Shown: one piece after another, positions 41,389 to 50,528 of the stretch
Position numbering within the stretch: the first letter of the stretch is position 1
Layout: the number at the start of each line of letters is the position of its first letter
DNA from: an uncultured delta proteobacterium
Lineage (GTDB): Bacteria > Desulfobacterota > WTBG01
Assembly (NCBI GenBank): GCA_963793865.1
Contig: CAWCBP010000001.1
Coordinates: forward strand, 256,001 to 320,000
Length of the DNA: 64,000 nt
Reading direction: 5' to 3'
Program-made: the position numbers and the translations under genes
Notes under the pieces: model-generated
What the model was told of the DNA's origin: nothing
The model's input: only the letters and a program-made list of their open reading frames with translations
The model's database searches: none

Positions 41389-42515
41389 CTGTTTTCAGAC
41401 CTGCAGACATGGTCATATCCCCGCGCCATCATCAGGGCATCAACGATGGTTATGGCGGCCATGGCCTCTATTACCGCGTAGTGCCTTCCCACCAGGGTCG
41501 GATCGCGCCGGGTGATGGGGCTCAGCTCTTCTATCTCCATTTTCTGCACATTGACGCTGTCCTGCTTCAGGCTGATGGTCGGCGTCGGCTTCACCGCGAC
41601 TCTGACCACAATCTCCTCACCGGTGCTGATGCCGCCCAGCAGCCCTCCGGCGTTATTGGTCTTGAAGGTGATTTTGCCGTCCACCGTGGTAAACTGATCA
41701 TTGTTCTCCGATCCCTTCATCTCTCCCACCCTGAATCCTGCGCCAAATTCAACCCCCTTGACCGCGCCGATGGAAAACAGCGCGTGGCCGAGCAGCGCGC
41801 TCAGCTTGTCAAAAACCGGTTCTCCCAGGCCCGCGGGCGCGCCATTGATACGGAGGGTGATAATGCCCCCCGCGGTGTCACCCTCGTCCTTGATTTGGAG
41901 GACCCGCTGGGTCATTTTCTCCGCCGTTTCCAGGTCCGGACAGTTGATTTCGTTTTTGCGATAATTCTTTTTCGCCTCCTCGAAGGTCATCGCTTTGGCC
42001 TTGATGCCCATGCACTCCGAGGTGTAGGCAATGAGGTCGATACCTTCCCGGGCAAGAATAGTTTTTGCTACCGCGCCGCCTGCGACCCTGCCCACGGTTT
42101 CCCTCCCCGAGGAGCGGCCGGCCCCGCACCAGTCCTGGTACTCGCCATATTTCTTGTAAAAGCAGTAGGTGGCATGACCGGGGCGGCAGAGATCCTTGTA
42201 CTCCCGGTACTGATCAATGTGAATCTGCTGGGTGTCAACGTTGTAAATGATTATGCCGACCGGCGCCCCGGTGGTCATTCCTTCCTGGCCCAGCCCTGCA
42301 AAAATGTGGCACTGATCGGTTTCCTGCCGCGGCGAGTTGAGCGGTCCAATCCCCGGCCTGCGCTTATCCATCTCCTCCTGAATGATCTGATCGGATAACT
42401 TGAGTCCGGGTGGCACTCCGTCAACGATGACCGCCAGTCCGCTCCCCTTGCCGATGCCGTAGCTCTCGCCCACGGTGGTGATCCTGAACAATCTTCCGAA
42501 GGTATTGCCTAACAT
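41373..42515 (-). CDS. aroC: Chorismate synthase (divergent)
   Basis: GNTFG..GES.G, RPGHA, GRSSGRET, GLGEPVFDKL, AVKGVEFG, NNAGG..GGIS, KPTPT. Confidence 0.85.
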   Translation of the reverse strand: MLGNTFGRLFRITTVGESYGIGKGSGLAVIVDGVPPGLKLSDQIIQEEMDKRRPGIGPLNSPRQETDQCHIFAGLGQEGMTTGAPVGIIIYNVDTQQIHIDQYREYKDLCRPGHATYCFYKKYGEYQDWCGAGRSSGRETVGRVAGGAVAKTILAREGIDLIAYTSECMGIKAKAMTFEEAKKNYRKNEINCPDLETAEKMTQRVLQIKDEGDTAGGIITLRINGAPAGLGEPVFDKLSALLGHALFSIGAVKGVEFGAGFRVGEMKGSENNDQFTTVDGKITFKTNNAGGLLGGISTGEEIVVRVAVKPTPTISLKQDSVNVQKMEIEELSPITRRDPTLVGRHYAVIEAMAAITIVDALMMARGYDHVCRSENRWREL

Positions 42516-42607
42516 TGTGTTGTATCTCCCCTGTTAAGATGACCCAGTAAGCCTTTGACGAAGTCTGCCAGAATATCCCACAACTCTGCTGTGGGGATGA
42601 ATGGTAT

Positions 42608-42777
42608 CCTCTCCCCTGGGAGACTGTGTCATAATGTCATTCTGAGGCATCAGCCGAAGAATCTCTGTTTTCAAACTCATTAAGTTTATTAGATTCTTCA
42701 CTTCGTTCAGAATGACAAACATAGCATCTCTTTCATTATGACACAGTCTCTGGTGGGAGAGGGTTAGGGTGAGGGGG
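42608..42777. repeat. Three nested palindromic repeat elements
   Basis: Outer cctctccc/gggagagggttagggtgaggggg; middle 17 bp inverted repeat 42620-42636/42734-42750; inner 11 bp inverted repeat 42635-42645/42707-42717. Confidence 0.8.
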
Positions 42778-42813
42778 TGTCCACAATCTATTTTCGAATC
42801 AATCTTATCCGGA

Positions 42814-42843
42814 TGTAGAGGCAACCGGCCGGTTGCCCCTACA
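42814..42843. repeat. GTAG-type REP palindrome
   Basis: tgtagaggcaaccggccggttgcccctaca. Confidence 0.7.
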
Positions 42844-42943
42844 ACGAAGACCTTACTTTCGTACTAAAACATCATATCATGAATGAGCGCAAAAGGAAAG
42901 CCGGGGATTGAGTTGATTGAACACGGAAAGGGTGTGTCTATAA

Positions 42944-43996
42944 TCACTCGGGCGGGTCGGGAAATCCCATTGCTGACTGTTGATGAAGCCCGGTTTTGAA
43001 ACGCCTTATTGCTTTTAAATTTTTCGAGAGCTTTATTTTTAAACCCAGGAACTGTGCAAGGGGTTGTACCGCTTCGTAAGCATGCTTGCCGGCAAGTATG
43101 ATTTCAGATGGCAAGAGTTTGTGTGTTTCGATGACTGATACAATCTGCTCGGTTAACGGCGGATATGGATCAGCGGCATACGGTGTCAGGTTGGTGGAGA
43201 GGATAAACCCTGACTCATGATGCGCGACCGCAAGTATTCGGGCAAAGTACGGGCGATCCCGATCCTGTATTATGCCGGGCATGAGAAAGCCGTCTGCTTC
43301 CCATGCAGTATCCGGCTTGAGGTTCATTTGTTTTATTTTTTGAAGCCGGATTTCATTACATGGTAACCGGGCGGTTGCGGGGTCGGGTACAGGCTCCGGT
43401 CTTAGCCATTCCTTTAACCAGAAAAGGGTGCCGTTTTCTCCTCGTTGCGGCATATAGGTAAGATAGTGATCATGTTTATCGCTGTGCAGAATGGACTGAT
43501 CTTTAAGGTAATCTGCGGCAAAATGACAGGCAGCTGTAAGGGCAAGGGTGAGAAAGCTGACCTCCGTTTCATTTAAAAACCACTGGCTGTAACCGGGCAG
43601 GTAACTTCTGAACCGGGGATATTGTTTGCGTCCTCGTATGTTAAGATTCAGCGATTTGAGAATGGAGAGATCTTCTTTTTCCAGCTCCCGCCGATCGGCG
43701 AATTCGGCAAGGATGGCATTCTGCCCGGCAATTATCTCATCATCCCCCGGTCCAATCATGCCGGATTGAATGCGCTGGTAGAATTCCAGCCCTTTACTTC
43801 CCCGGTACACACACAGGGCTATAACTTCTCCCAGCGTCCCGAGCACGCAGCAGTAACCGGTCTGCCCGGTTAAGGGATCCTTCACCGCGAACAGTTGATC
43901 ATCATAGAGAAAACGCCAGGGCATTAAATCTCTATATTCGAGCGCGGCCTCATAGAGAGGCCGCCATACATCAAGCGATACTTTAGGAGCTTTCAT
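42944..43996 (-). CDS. Hypothetical protein
   Basis: 350 aa ORF with ATG start; PW..L.D..LF.V.DP and P.FRS..PGY look like conserved blocks; function not recognised. Confidence 0.6.
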   Translation of the reverse strand: MKAPKVSLDVWRPLYEAALEYRDLMPWRFLYDDQLFAVKDPLTGQTGYCCVLGTLGEVIALCVYRGSKGLEFYQRIQSGMIGPGDDEIIAGQNAILAEFADRRELEKEDLSILKSLNLNIRGRKQYPRFRSYLPGYSQWFLNETEVSFLTLALTAACHFAADYLKDQSILHSDKHDHYLTYMPQRGENGTLFWLKEWLRPEPVPDPATARLPCNEIRLQKIKQMNLKPDTAWEADGFLMPGIIQDRDRPYFARILAVAHHESGFILSTNLTPYAADPYPPLTEQIVSVIETHKLLPSEIILAGKHAYEAVQPLAQFLGLKIKLSKNLKAIRRFKTGLHQQSAMGFPDPPE

Positions 43997-44414
43997 ATGG
44001 ACAGTTAATTAAAAAAGATTCTTGCGTTTGAAAACCGAGCAGATGCCGATTGCCGGCTTGTTATTGCGGCATGTGTTTATAGCCCGTAGTAGGCACGCCT
44101 TAAAGCCGCGAATGCATCGCACATGCATGCACTTATACATATATTTTCACTGTGACTGCGGCTACCATAATGCGAAAGGAATTTTATGTCAATTACAAAA
44201 ATGCGATAAAACGCTTACTAAAATGCCGGTAATTGGCATGGTTACATGTGCTCAGGCTGTGGTGACTTCCGCTCACCACGTCCGAAGCGTTAATTCTTTT
44301 GCCACTGATAATAAAAACTGTTAGAATAATGGTGCCGGCAAGTAAGCATCACAAAACAGGTGAACAGTTAATGCAAGTTCCGGGTTATGTGAGCAAATTG
44401 GGAGCAACGATGCA

Positions 44415-44657
44415 ATGATCCGCAATAAAGCCACAACCAATAACAGGGTCAGAAGCAGAATGCCGCACCGCCGAAATGAGCTCTTGAAGTTTGAGCGTGA
44501 TTTTTTGAGAAAAGAAAAAGTGGATATGACAAGGAATTTTCATATCATAGAGGCTCTTTATAAAGAGGCGGTGACTCTTGGTGCCATGCCGTTAAAAAAT
44601 CCTCTTGATGGAATAGAAGTTGATCTAAAAATAGCAAAGGTCATTAACAGTGTTTGA
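44415..44657 (+). CDS. Small hypothetical protein, partner of the downstream nucleotidyltransferase (start may be 44460)
   Basis: Overlaps the next start codon; EALYKEA..LG..P..PLDGIEVD. Confidence 0.55.
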   Translation: MIRNKATTNNRVRSRMPHRRNELLKFERDFLRKEKVDMTRNFHIIEALYKEAVTLGAMPLKNPLDGIEVDLKIAKVINSV

Positions 44658-45207
44658 GCAATTGCTTCGCAAGATAGCTCTGCAGTTCAAGCAAGCGTCA
44701 ATTCCCTACATGGTGATAGGTGGCCAGGCTGTTCTTCTCTATGGAGAGCCCAGACTGACCAGGGATATTGACATCACATTGGGGATTAGCGCGGACGGGT
44801 TGAATAAAGTTAAAAAAATCGTTTCGATCATTGGCCTCAAAAGTCTTGTTAAGCAGGAAAAAGATTTCGTGGAGCGGAATATGGTGCTGCCTGTTATAGA
44901 TAAAAAGAGTGGAATTCGGGTTGATTTTATCTTTTCCTTCTCTCCTTATGAAAGGCAAGCCATCGAACGAGCGAAGAATATTAAATTGGGCAGATCGATG
45001 GTTAGATTTGCTTCTCTTGAAGATGTGGCCATCCATAAAATAATCGCCGGAAGGGCGCGAGACCTTGAGGATGTAAAATCTATTTTCATTAAGAATCAGG
45101 GGTATGATTCAGTTTATATTGAAAAGTGGTTGAAGGAATTTGACAAATCGTTGGGAGTGCAATTCTTAACGGTCTTTAGGAAGATAAAAAAGGATATCCG
45201 TGGCTGA
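44650..45207 (+). CDS. Nucleotidyltransferase-fold protein (DUF6036/AbiEii-like)
   Basis: YMVIGGQAV..YG.PR.T.DID, K..AGR.RD.ED. Confidence 0.75.
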   Translation: MFEQLLRKIALQFKQASIPYMVIGGQAVLLYGEPRLTRDIDITLGISADGLNKVKKIVSIIGLKSLVKQEKDFVERNMVLPVIDKKSGIRVDFIFSFSPYERQAIERAKNIKLGRSMVRFASLEDVAIHKIIAGRARDLEDVKSIFIKNQGYDSVYIEKWLKEFDKSLGVQFLTVFRKIKKDIRG

Positions 45208-45254
45208 TCGCTGTAGCAGTAATTGTTTGTCTTCACCATGATTAAAATATCAGC

Positions 45255-45309
45255 TTGACAGCCGGCTTATAATAAATTACCATTTAGCAATATTGCTAAA
45301 TGGTAATTT
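45255..45309 (+). promoter_or_regulatory. Promoter with ArsR-type palindromic operator (orphan copy)
   Basis: TTGACA-17bp-TACCAT; perfect 36 bp palindrome at 45274-45309. Confidence 0.75.
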
Positions 45310-45325
45310 GCTTAAAGGGGTGTCT

Positions 45326-45382
45326 ATGAGAGAACTGGTTAAGGTATTAAAGGCGGTGGCGGAGGCTAACCGACTGAGATTA
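45326..45382 (+). pseudogene. arsR: 5' remnant of an arsR gene
   Basis: MRELVKVLKAVAEANRLRL versus MRELVKVLKAVADQNRLKI of the 57684-58079 ArsR. Confidence 0.8.
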
Positions 45383-45796
45383 AATAAGCATTTTACCGAC
45401 TTCACCGGCAATGTCTTCTATTTGAATGCTCCCGGCGCGTTTAACTTCTTCTTCAATAACGACAATCGGTGAAGGCAGTTTCTTAGTGACCAGCAGTTGC
45501 CCGAATTTTGATTCTTTTTCCTGTGGCACCCAAAGCAGATTAACATATTCTGTGGATGTCCTGCCCGGATATAATTTTTCCAAAGTAGATTTAATCTCAT
45601 TAACCATCATCTGAACCGAAGCATAGCCGGGCCCGCAGGTTATTGGATTGCAGCCTAATGCAATGGCAGGCAGGTCAAAAATTCTAATTTTCACAAAATT
45701 TCTTTTTTCTATCTCCTGTTTTTTGGGTTCATAATAGATTTTTTTTAAATAACCAACAATGGCAGAGAATTTTTTGTGTTTTAACGAAACATCCAT
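45380..45796 (-). CDS. Thioredoxin-fold/ArsD-like small protein, paralog of 48581-48925
   Basis: IRIFDLP...GCNPITCGPG, YPG.T..EY, KES..GQLLVTK..P.P.VVI....AGSIQ shared with the paralog. Confidence 0.55.
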   Translation of the reverse strand: MDVSLKHKKFSAIVGYLKKIYYEPKKQEIEKRNFVKIRIFDLPAIALGCNPITCGPGYASVQMMVNEIKSTLEKLYPGRTSTEYVNLLWVPQEKESKFGQLLVTKKLPSPIVVIEEEVKRAGSIQIEDIAGEVGKMLI

Positions 45797-45912
45797 ATAA
45801 TTATTCCTTTAAATCCTTTGCTAAAATCTTCCTCCATACACCGATTACATGTTGCAAAGCAGATAAATGATACAAACTAATAATCACCTTGATGAAATTT
45901 ATCACCCGCCAA

Positions 45913-46788
45913 TCACATACAATTAAAAAAGTGGCTTGCGCGGTATGAACTTCTCACCAATGGTCCTGCCGCTACACTTTCAAAGCCTGCATTTAAAGCT
46001 TTTTGCCGCCAGAGCTCAAACTCCTTAGGTTCAACGTAACGAGCCACCGGGAAATGGTGGATTGATGGGGCCAGGTATTGACCAAGTGTAAGCATAGTAC
46101 AGCCCACCTGTCGAAGATCTCCCAGTACAGCCTCAACTTCTTCACCTGTTTCTCCCAATCCAAGCATTATCCCGGATTTGGTGATGATTCCGGGAAATAT
46201 TTCTCTGGCTTTGCGAATAATTTCAAGAGATAGCAGGTAAGTGGCACCCTTCCGTATCTCTGGATAAAGCCGGGGGACCGTTTCCAGATTGTGCGCAAAA
46301 ATATCCGGCCGAGAGGCCAGTATCGAAGCTAGCGCCTCAGTTGAGCCTTTAAAATCCGGCACCAACAATTCTACCGTGACTCCACGACAGCATTCCCGCA
46401 AGGTTTCTGTTACCCGGGCATAGTGATGTGCACCGCCGTCTGCAAGATCGTCCCTGGTTGGAGAGGTAATGACAACGTGGCGGAGACCCAATGCATTCAC
46501 CGCTTGAGCAAGTCGTTCCGGCTCGTCATGATCAGGTAATTGAGGTTGCCCGCGTGTTACGGCACAAAAAGTACAGCCACGTGTGCAGATATCCCCTAAT
46601 ATCATGAAAGTGGCTGTATGGTGAGAAAAGCATTCTCTAAGGTTTGGACAACGGGCGCTGCTGCATACCGTATGCAAGTTAAAGCGTGATAACACACTGC
46701 TGGTCTGTTTCACTTGTTCAGCCTTGCTAGCAACTTTGGTCCGACGGATTTCGGTGAGCAACCATCGGGGCGCTGACAGTGACATCAC
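45913..46788 (-). CDS. lipA: Lipoyl synthase
   Basis: CxxxxCxxxxxC (CSSARCPNLREC), CxxxCxxC, HNLETV, GQYL.PS, C-terminal RSSY. Confidence 0.92.
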   Translation of the reverse strand: MMSLSAPRWLLTEIRRTKVASKAEQVKQTSSVLSRFNLHTVCSSARCPNLRECFSHHTATFMILGDICTRGCTFCAVTRGQPQLPDHDEPERLAQAVNALGLRHVVITSPTRDDLADGGAHHYARVTETLRECCRGVTVELLVPDFKGSTEALASILASRPDIFAHNLETVPRLYPEIRKGATYLLSLEIIRKAREIFPGIITKSGIMLGLGETGEEVEAVLGDLRQVGCTMLTLGQYLAPSIHHFPVARYVEPKEFELWRQKALNAGFESVAAGPLVRSSYRASHFFNCM

Positions 46789-46833
46789 GCCATCTCCCGG
46801 AAGAGCGCCATCATCTGTTTTCGTGATGAATGT

Positions 46834-47259
46834 TCACGGTTGGATAACAATGTCTGGTTTGATGATAATCTCAGACTTAAGGGATTGGTTGATGGTGGAG
46901 TATTTCAGGGCCATATCCAATGCCCGCTGGACGAGTTCCTTGGACTTGCCTTTGACCACAATTTTGGGATACAGGGTCATCTTCTTAAACCACGAAGTCC
47001 GATCAATAAATTCCTCCACCTCGCCTTCAGCTTCGCATTCCAGAGAAACTGGGTTCAACTTGAAGCGCTCCGCAGCCCAGATAACCATCATCAGATAACA
47101 GGTGTTGGATGAGGCGACAAAAGCATCCTCAGGCGTAAGCACATTGGGCATGCCATGAAGATCCGGTGGAGCTGAAAACTTCATCTCAACACCGTTTTGG
47201 CACCAGGTGTATCCCTCATGGCCGCCTCGCCATGCAACCTTGTTTTTATAAACCGCCAT
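46834..47259 (-). CDS. OsmC/Ohr-family protein
   Basis: PEDAFVAS..TC; KYSTINQSL in place of the usual C..S.SL. Confidence 0.75.
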   Translation of the reverse strand: MAVYKNKVAWRGGHEGYTWCQNGVEMKFSAPPDLHGMPNVLTPEDAFVASSNTCYLMMVIWAAERFKLNPVSLECEAEGEVEEFIDRTSWFKKMTLYPKIVVKGKSKELVQRALDMALKYSTINQSLKSEIIIKPDIVIQP

Positions 47260-47291
47260 GTTTGCTCCTTTCTATGAAAGGCAATCTTATC

Positions 47292-47702
47292 TCATTCTTC
47301 CAGAACCGCGTCTACTGCCTTGGCAATCGCTTCTGCCACCGCTTGAACAGCAGGCGCTTCCTCCGGCCCGAAATTTCTCAGTTTGATAGGTGGAGCAATG
47401 CCGCGCTTCTTTAAAACCTCGGGAATGAGTATCGATCTACTGGGCTTACCGGAAAGCTTTTCAGTGGCCTTCGCAGCACATAATTTCTCACAGCCATCCA
47501 CTGTAATAGTGGGGTATCGGGAGGCAAAGGCTCGTTCCTCCTCACCCCCTGCGATAAACAACGGCAAACAAATGGTTACTGTTTCACCGGGCTTGAGTTC
47601 ATCGAGAACCTTGCGGCAGGACAAGCGGCATAACGTTCCCTGGGGTATGCCCTCACCGCTGCAGGAAACAATTCCAACCTTTGTGATTTGGATATCAATC
47701 AT
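47292..47702 (-). CDS. DGC-domain putative Zn-binding protein
   Basis: CSG, CL, VDGC..LCA. Confidence 0.8.
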   Translation of the reverse strand: MIDIQITKVGIVSCSGEGIPQGTLCRLSCRKVLDELKPGETVTICLPLFIAGGEEERAFASRYPTITVDGCEKLCAAKATEKLSGKPSRSILIPEVLKKRGIAPPIKLRNFGPEEAPAVQAVAEAIAKAVDAVLEE

Positions 47703-48115
47703 GTATCTCCTTCCGCGGCCAGTCGATCTACAGTTGCAGCCAATTCATCCGCCGCCACTGCGGCCAGCTTTTGGCCGGCAGCATTCAATTGTGCCAACCC
47801 TTCCGGCTTGAGGTCCCGATGCGCCGTGAAAAATTTTATAGCCTGGCATGCCTCGGCTGCTTTTTCCCCAAGCGCTTCCAAACTTTTTTTCGCACACTCC
47901 CTGGGACAACCATCAATGGTGATCACCGGGTTTTCAACAACCAACTGCCTGGCTTCCGGATCATTAATTACCAGAAGCGGAAGGCATGTCAAGGCGGCCA
48001 CACCCGGCCGAACCCGCTCTGCCAGTTCATAGGCGATCTCCCGCGCCAGAGCCCCATAGGCCTTGCCAATACCGCTGCACGGCAACACCACTACCTTTTT
48101 TGGTTTCTTATCCAT
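47699..48115 (-). CDS. DGC-domain putative Zn-binding protein
   Basis: PCSG, CL, IDGCPRECA. Confidence 0.8.
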   Translation of the reverse strand: MDKKPKKVVVLPCSGIGKAYGALAREIAYELAERVRPGVAALTCLPLLVINDPEARQLVVENPVITIDGCPRECAKKSLEALGEKAAEACQAIKFFTAHRDLKPEGLAQLNAAGQKLAAVAADELAATVDRLAAEGDT

Positions 48116-48563
48116 ATAACCTTTTTGCCTCCTGATTGATCTTTTCTTTCATCACCCCAAAGTAGTCTTCAGCTTTGAGGAGGCCGACCTTGTCCCCTTC
48201 AGGTTCGGTCAATTCAATCCTGTATATCCATCCTGTACCATAGGGGTCCTGATTGATCAGATAAGGATTCTCGTACATCTCAGGATTGACTTCCACCACC
48301 TTACCGGTCACTGGGGAAAGTATATCAAAGGTTGCCTTAATGGTCTCGATGGTACCGATTCCCTGTCCCTGTTTCACCTCTGTACCCGGTTGTATGGTCT
48401 CAAGCAAGACAACATCGCCACTGACCTTCTGTTTGAAGTCGGTTACTCCTACCGTGGCTATGTTGCCTTGCAGGTATCCCCAAAAATCGTCCTTGGTGTA
48501 CAAGCAATCAGTTTGTACCCGAAAAATGAATTTATCATACGTGGCTTCAAGGAATTTTTCCAT
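48108..48563 (-). CDS. gcvH: Glycine cleavage H-like lipoyl carrier protein
   Basis: VGVTDF, IETIKA (lipoyl Lys), SPVTG.V.EVN, INQDPYG.GW. Confidence 0.85.
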   Translation of the reverse strand: MEKFLEATYDKFIFRVQTDCLYTKDDFWGYLQGNIATVGVTDFKQKVSGDVVLLETIQPGTEVKQGQGIGTIETIKATFDILSPVTGKVVEVNPEMYENPYLINQDPYGTGWIYRIELTEPEGDKVGLLKAEDYFGVMKEKINQEAKRLYG

Positions 48564-48580
48564 AGTATCTCCTGCTTGCT

Positions 48581-48925
48581 TTACGAATTCAGGATAGTAC
48601 CCACTTCCGCAACTATCTTCTTGACTTGGATGGAGCCTGCGAATTTGGGTTGACCATCAATCACCACCAGAGGGGTCGGATATTGTTTTGTAACCAGCAG
48701 TTGTCCGGTTTCACTTTCCTTCTCTGCCGGGGCATGACGCAGATCCAGATACTCAACCCCCGTTTTACCCGGATAACTCTCCTCGAGTGCTGCTTTGAGT
48801 TCTGTCACCTTCTGCTGGAGCATGGCAGCGTATTCAGGGCTCAGGGAAAGGTCACTGCATGCACAACCACCCCCGGCTCCCGGCAAATCCAGAATCCTAA
48901 CCGTCACCAAGCTATTCTTGGCCAT
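48581..48925 (-). CDS. Thioredoxin-fold/ArsD-like small protein with CxC motif
   Basis: VRILDLPGAGGGCAC, YPTPLVVIDG. Confidence 0.55.
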   Translation of the reverse strand: MAKNSLVTVRILDLPGAGGGCACSDLSLSPEYAAMLQQKVTELKAALEESYPGKTGVEYLDLRHAPAEKESETGQLLVTKQYPTPLVVIDGQPKFAGSIQVKKIVAEVGTILNS

Positions 48926-49005
48926 GGCGTTTCTCTCCTGTTACCAGTTAATAGAATTGTCATAAAAGTCCTGAATTTCGAAGGCAGGTAACAATAGTCC
49001 GGCGT

Positions 49006-50260
49006 TTAGGGACACTGGATAACACCCTGTGCCCACAGGCACCCTCCGCAGGTTGGAAAGGCATTGCCGAAGCAATCCTCTTCATTTGCTCCGGAGAAAT
49101 CACAGCCGCCGCAATAGGTACAGGGTGAAAACTGAAACGACTGCACCCGTTCCCTGAAGGCAACATAGTCAGGTTTTAACCACAGTTCTCTCATGGTGTG
49201 CTCGTTTACATTTCCGATTACGTAGCGTTTGGAATCCCGTTTGCGATCGTTCAGAAAGCTGGTATGGCTGTGCAACAGCGGCAGGCAGGGGCTCACGCTT
49301 CCATCCCAGCAAATGGCAGTAGCGCCTTTTTCTATAAACGGACAGTAGTTGCTTGGATTGCTTTTTATGAGTTTATCGCCATGTGTTCCCTGCCATTCGC
49401 GGGCAATATTGTAAAGCGGTTGACGGGTGATTTCAGTCGAGTCAATTCTTGAAAGTGTCAGCTGCGGCAGCCAGGGGGAAGGGTCGCTGGTAACGTTGAT
49501 GAGGACTGCGTTGTATAGCACCTCATCGCATAACTCCTCTGTGTAGGGAAGGACATTGGTTATCAAGAAACGATCAGCAAGCAGCTTTCGACCGATCCGA
49601 ATTACTGCAGGAAGCTCTGCAATGTTTCTCCTCATTGCTACAAAGGCTATGCCGATATGAGGATGGCGCTGCGTAGCATTCCAGCTTTCCTTGCGGAAAT
49701 TCATAACATTGGCAACCACTTCATCCAATGCGGCGCCGGGACGAACCCCCCCGTAGCCCTCGTCCGTTGAGCCGTCCAGTGAAACCCAGAGCACATCGAG
49801 CCCCGCCTCCGCCAGCCGGAGCGAAAGGTCATGATTGAGAAGCGTCCCATTGGTTATCAACTCAACCTGTGCTTCAATGCTTTTAGCCTTGGCTACCATG
49901 GAGGCAATAGCCGGGTGAAGCAGCGGCTCTCCGAACCCCCCGAAAACGATGGTAGGCGGTGTTTCAAAAGGGCGGAGTCCATCAATGATCCGTTCAAAGG
50001 TGGCGCTATCCATGTTGCCCATGGGTTCATCCCAGGTGTTGCGTATGCAGGTGCGACAGGTAAGGTTGCAGTGGCTGGTCGGCTCGATATAGACCTTTGC
50101 GAGATGGCTTATCGGCTTCCGTAAAAGTATGCTGTGTTGCATCTTCACTTACCGGTAGCCTGGCCCCGGGCTTCAGCCCGTGCCGGCGCAATACCTCCTC
50201 GGGCAGAATCAATCTTCCCTTTTCATCTACGTGTGCATCCGAAGCAGATTTAATTTTCAT
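49006..50260 (-). CDS. Radical SAM/SPASM protein resembling tungsten-oxidoreductase maturases, with N-terminal AbrB-like domain; apparent frameshift near 50135
   Basis: VDEKGRLILP..HGLKPG (AbrB-like) joins KVYIEPT..CNLTCRTC, GFGEP and the Cys-rich tail CTYCGGC..DCFGN.FPTCGGCLWA..QCP. Confidence 0.75.
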
Positions 50261-50294
50261 AAGTCTTGCTCAATTATGATTAGTAAATAGCGTG

Positions 50295-50504
50295 CTATTT
50301 GTTTTTTGAGAAAGTTGCAGCAGGGTCACTGCAGCCATCAAGATGCGATTTTAAACGGTCTTCTTCTGAGCCGGTGAGTTTCCGGTAGATATTCTTTTTT
50401 ATGAACTGGTATGCCCCTTCCCGGTCCTCATCGGTAATAATCCGCTCCAATTCCATCACTTCCTGTGGTTCTAAGACCAGGGCTTTCTTCTCTATCTTGA
50501 GCAT
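50295..50504 (-). CDS. Small hypothetical protein
   Basis: ATG with SD inside the operon; 69 aa. Confidence 0.55.
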   Translation of the reverse strand: MLKIEKKALVLEPQEVMELERIITDEDREGAYQFIKKNIYRKLTGSEEDRLKSHLDGCSDPAATFSKNK

Positions 50505-50528
50505 TCCCGCTTCCTTTTATAATAATGC

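Noticed and set aside
42534..42824. 96 aa ORF
   Set aside because: Translation of nested palindromic repeats
46789..46836. The osmC UGA stop is in frame with lipA (possible Sec read-through fusion)
   Set aside because: OsmC is complete at the stop, lipA has its own GGAG SD and start, and I see no convincing SECIS-like hairpin
48108..48563. A glycine cleavage system
   Set aside because: Only the H-like protein is present; no P, T or L genes nearby
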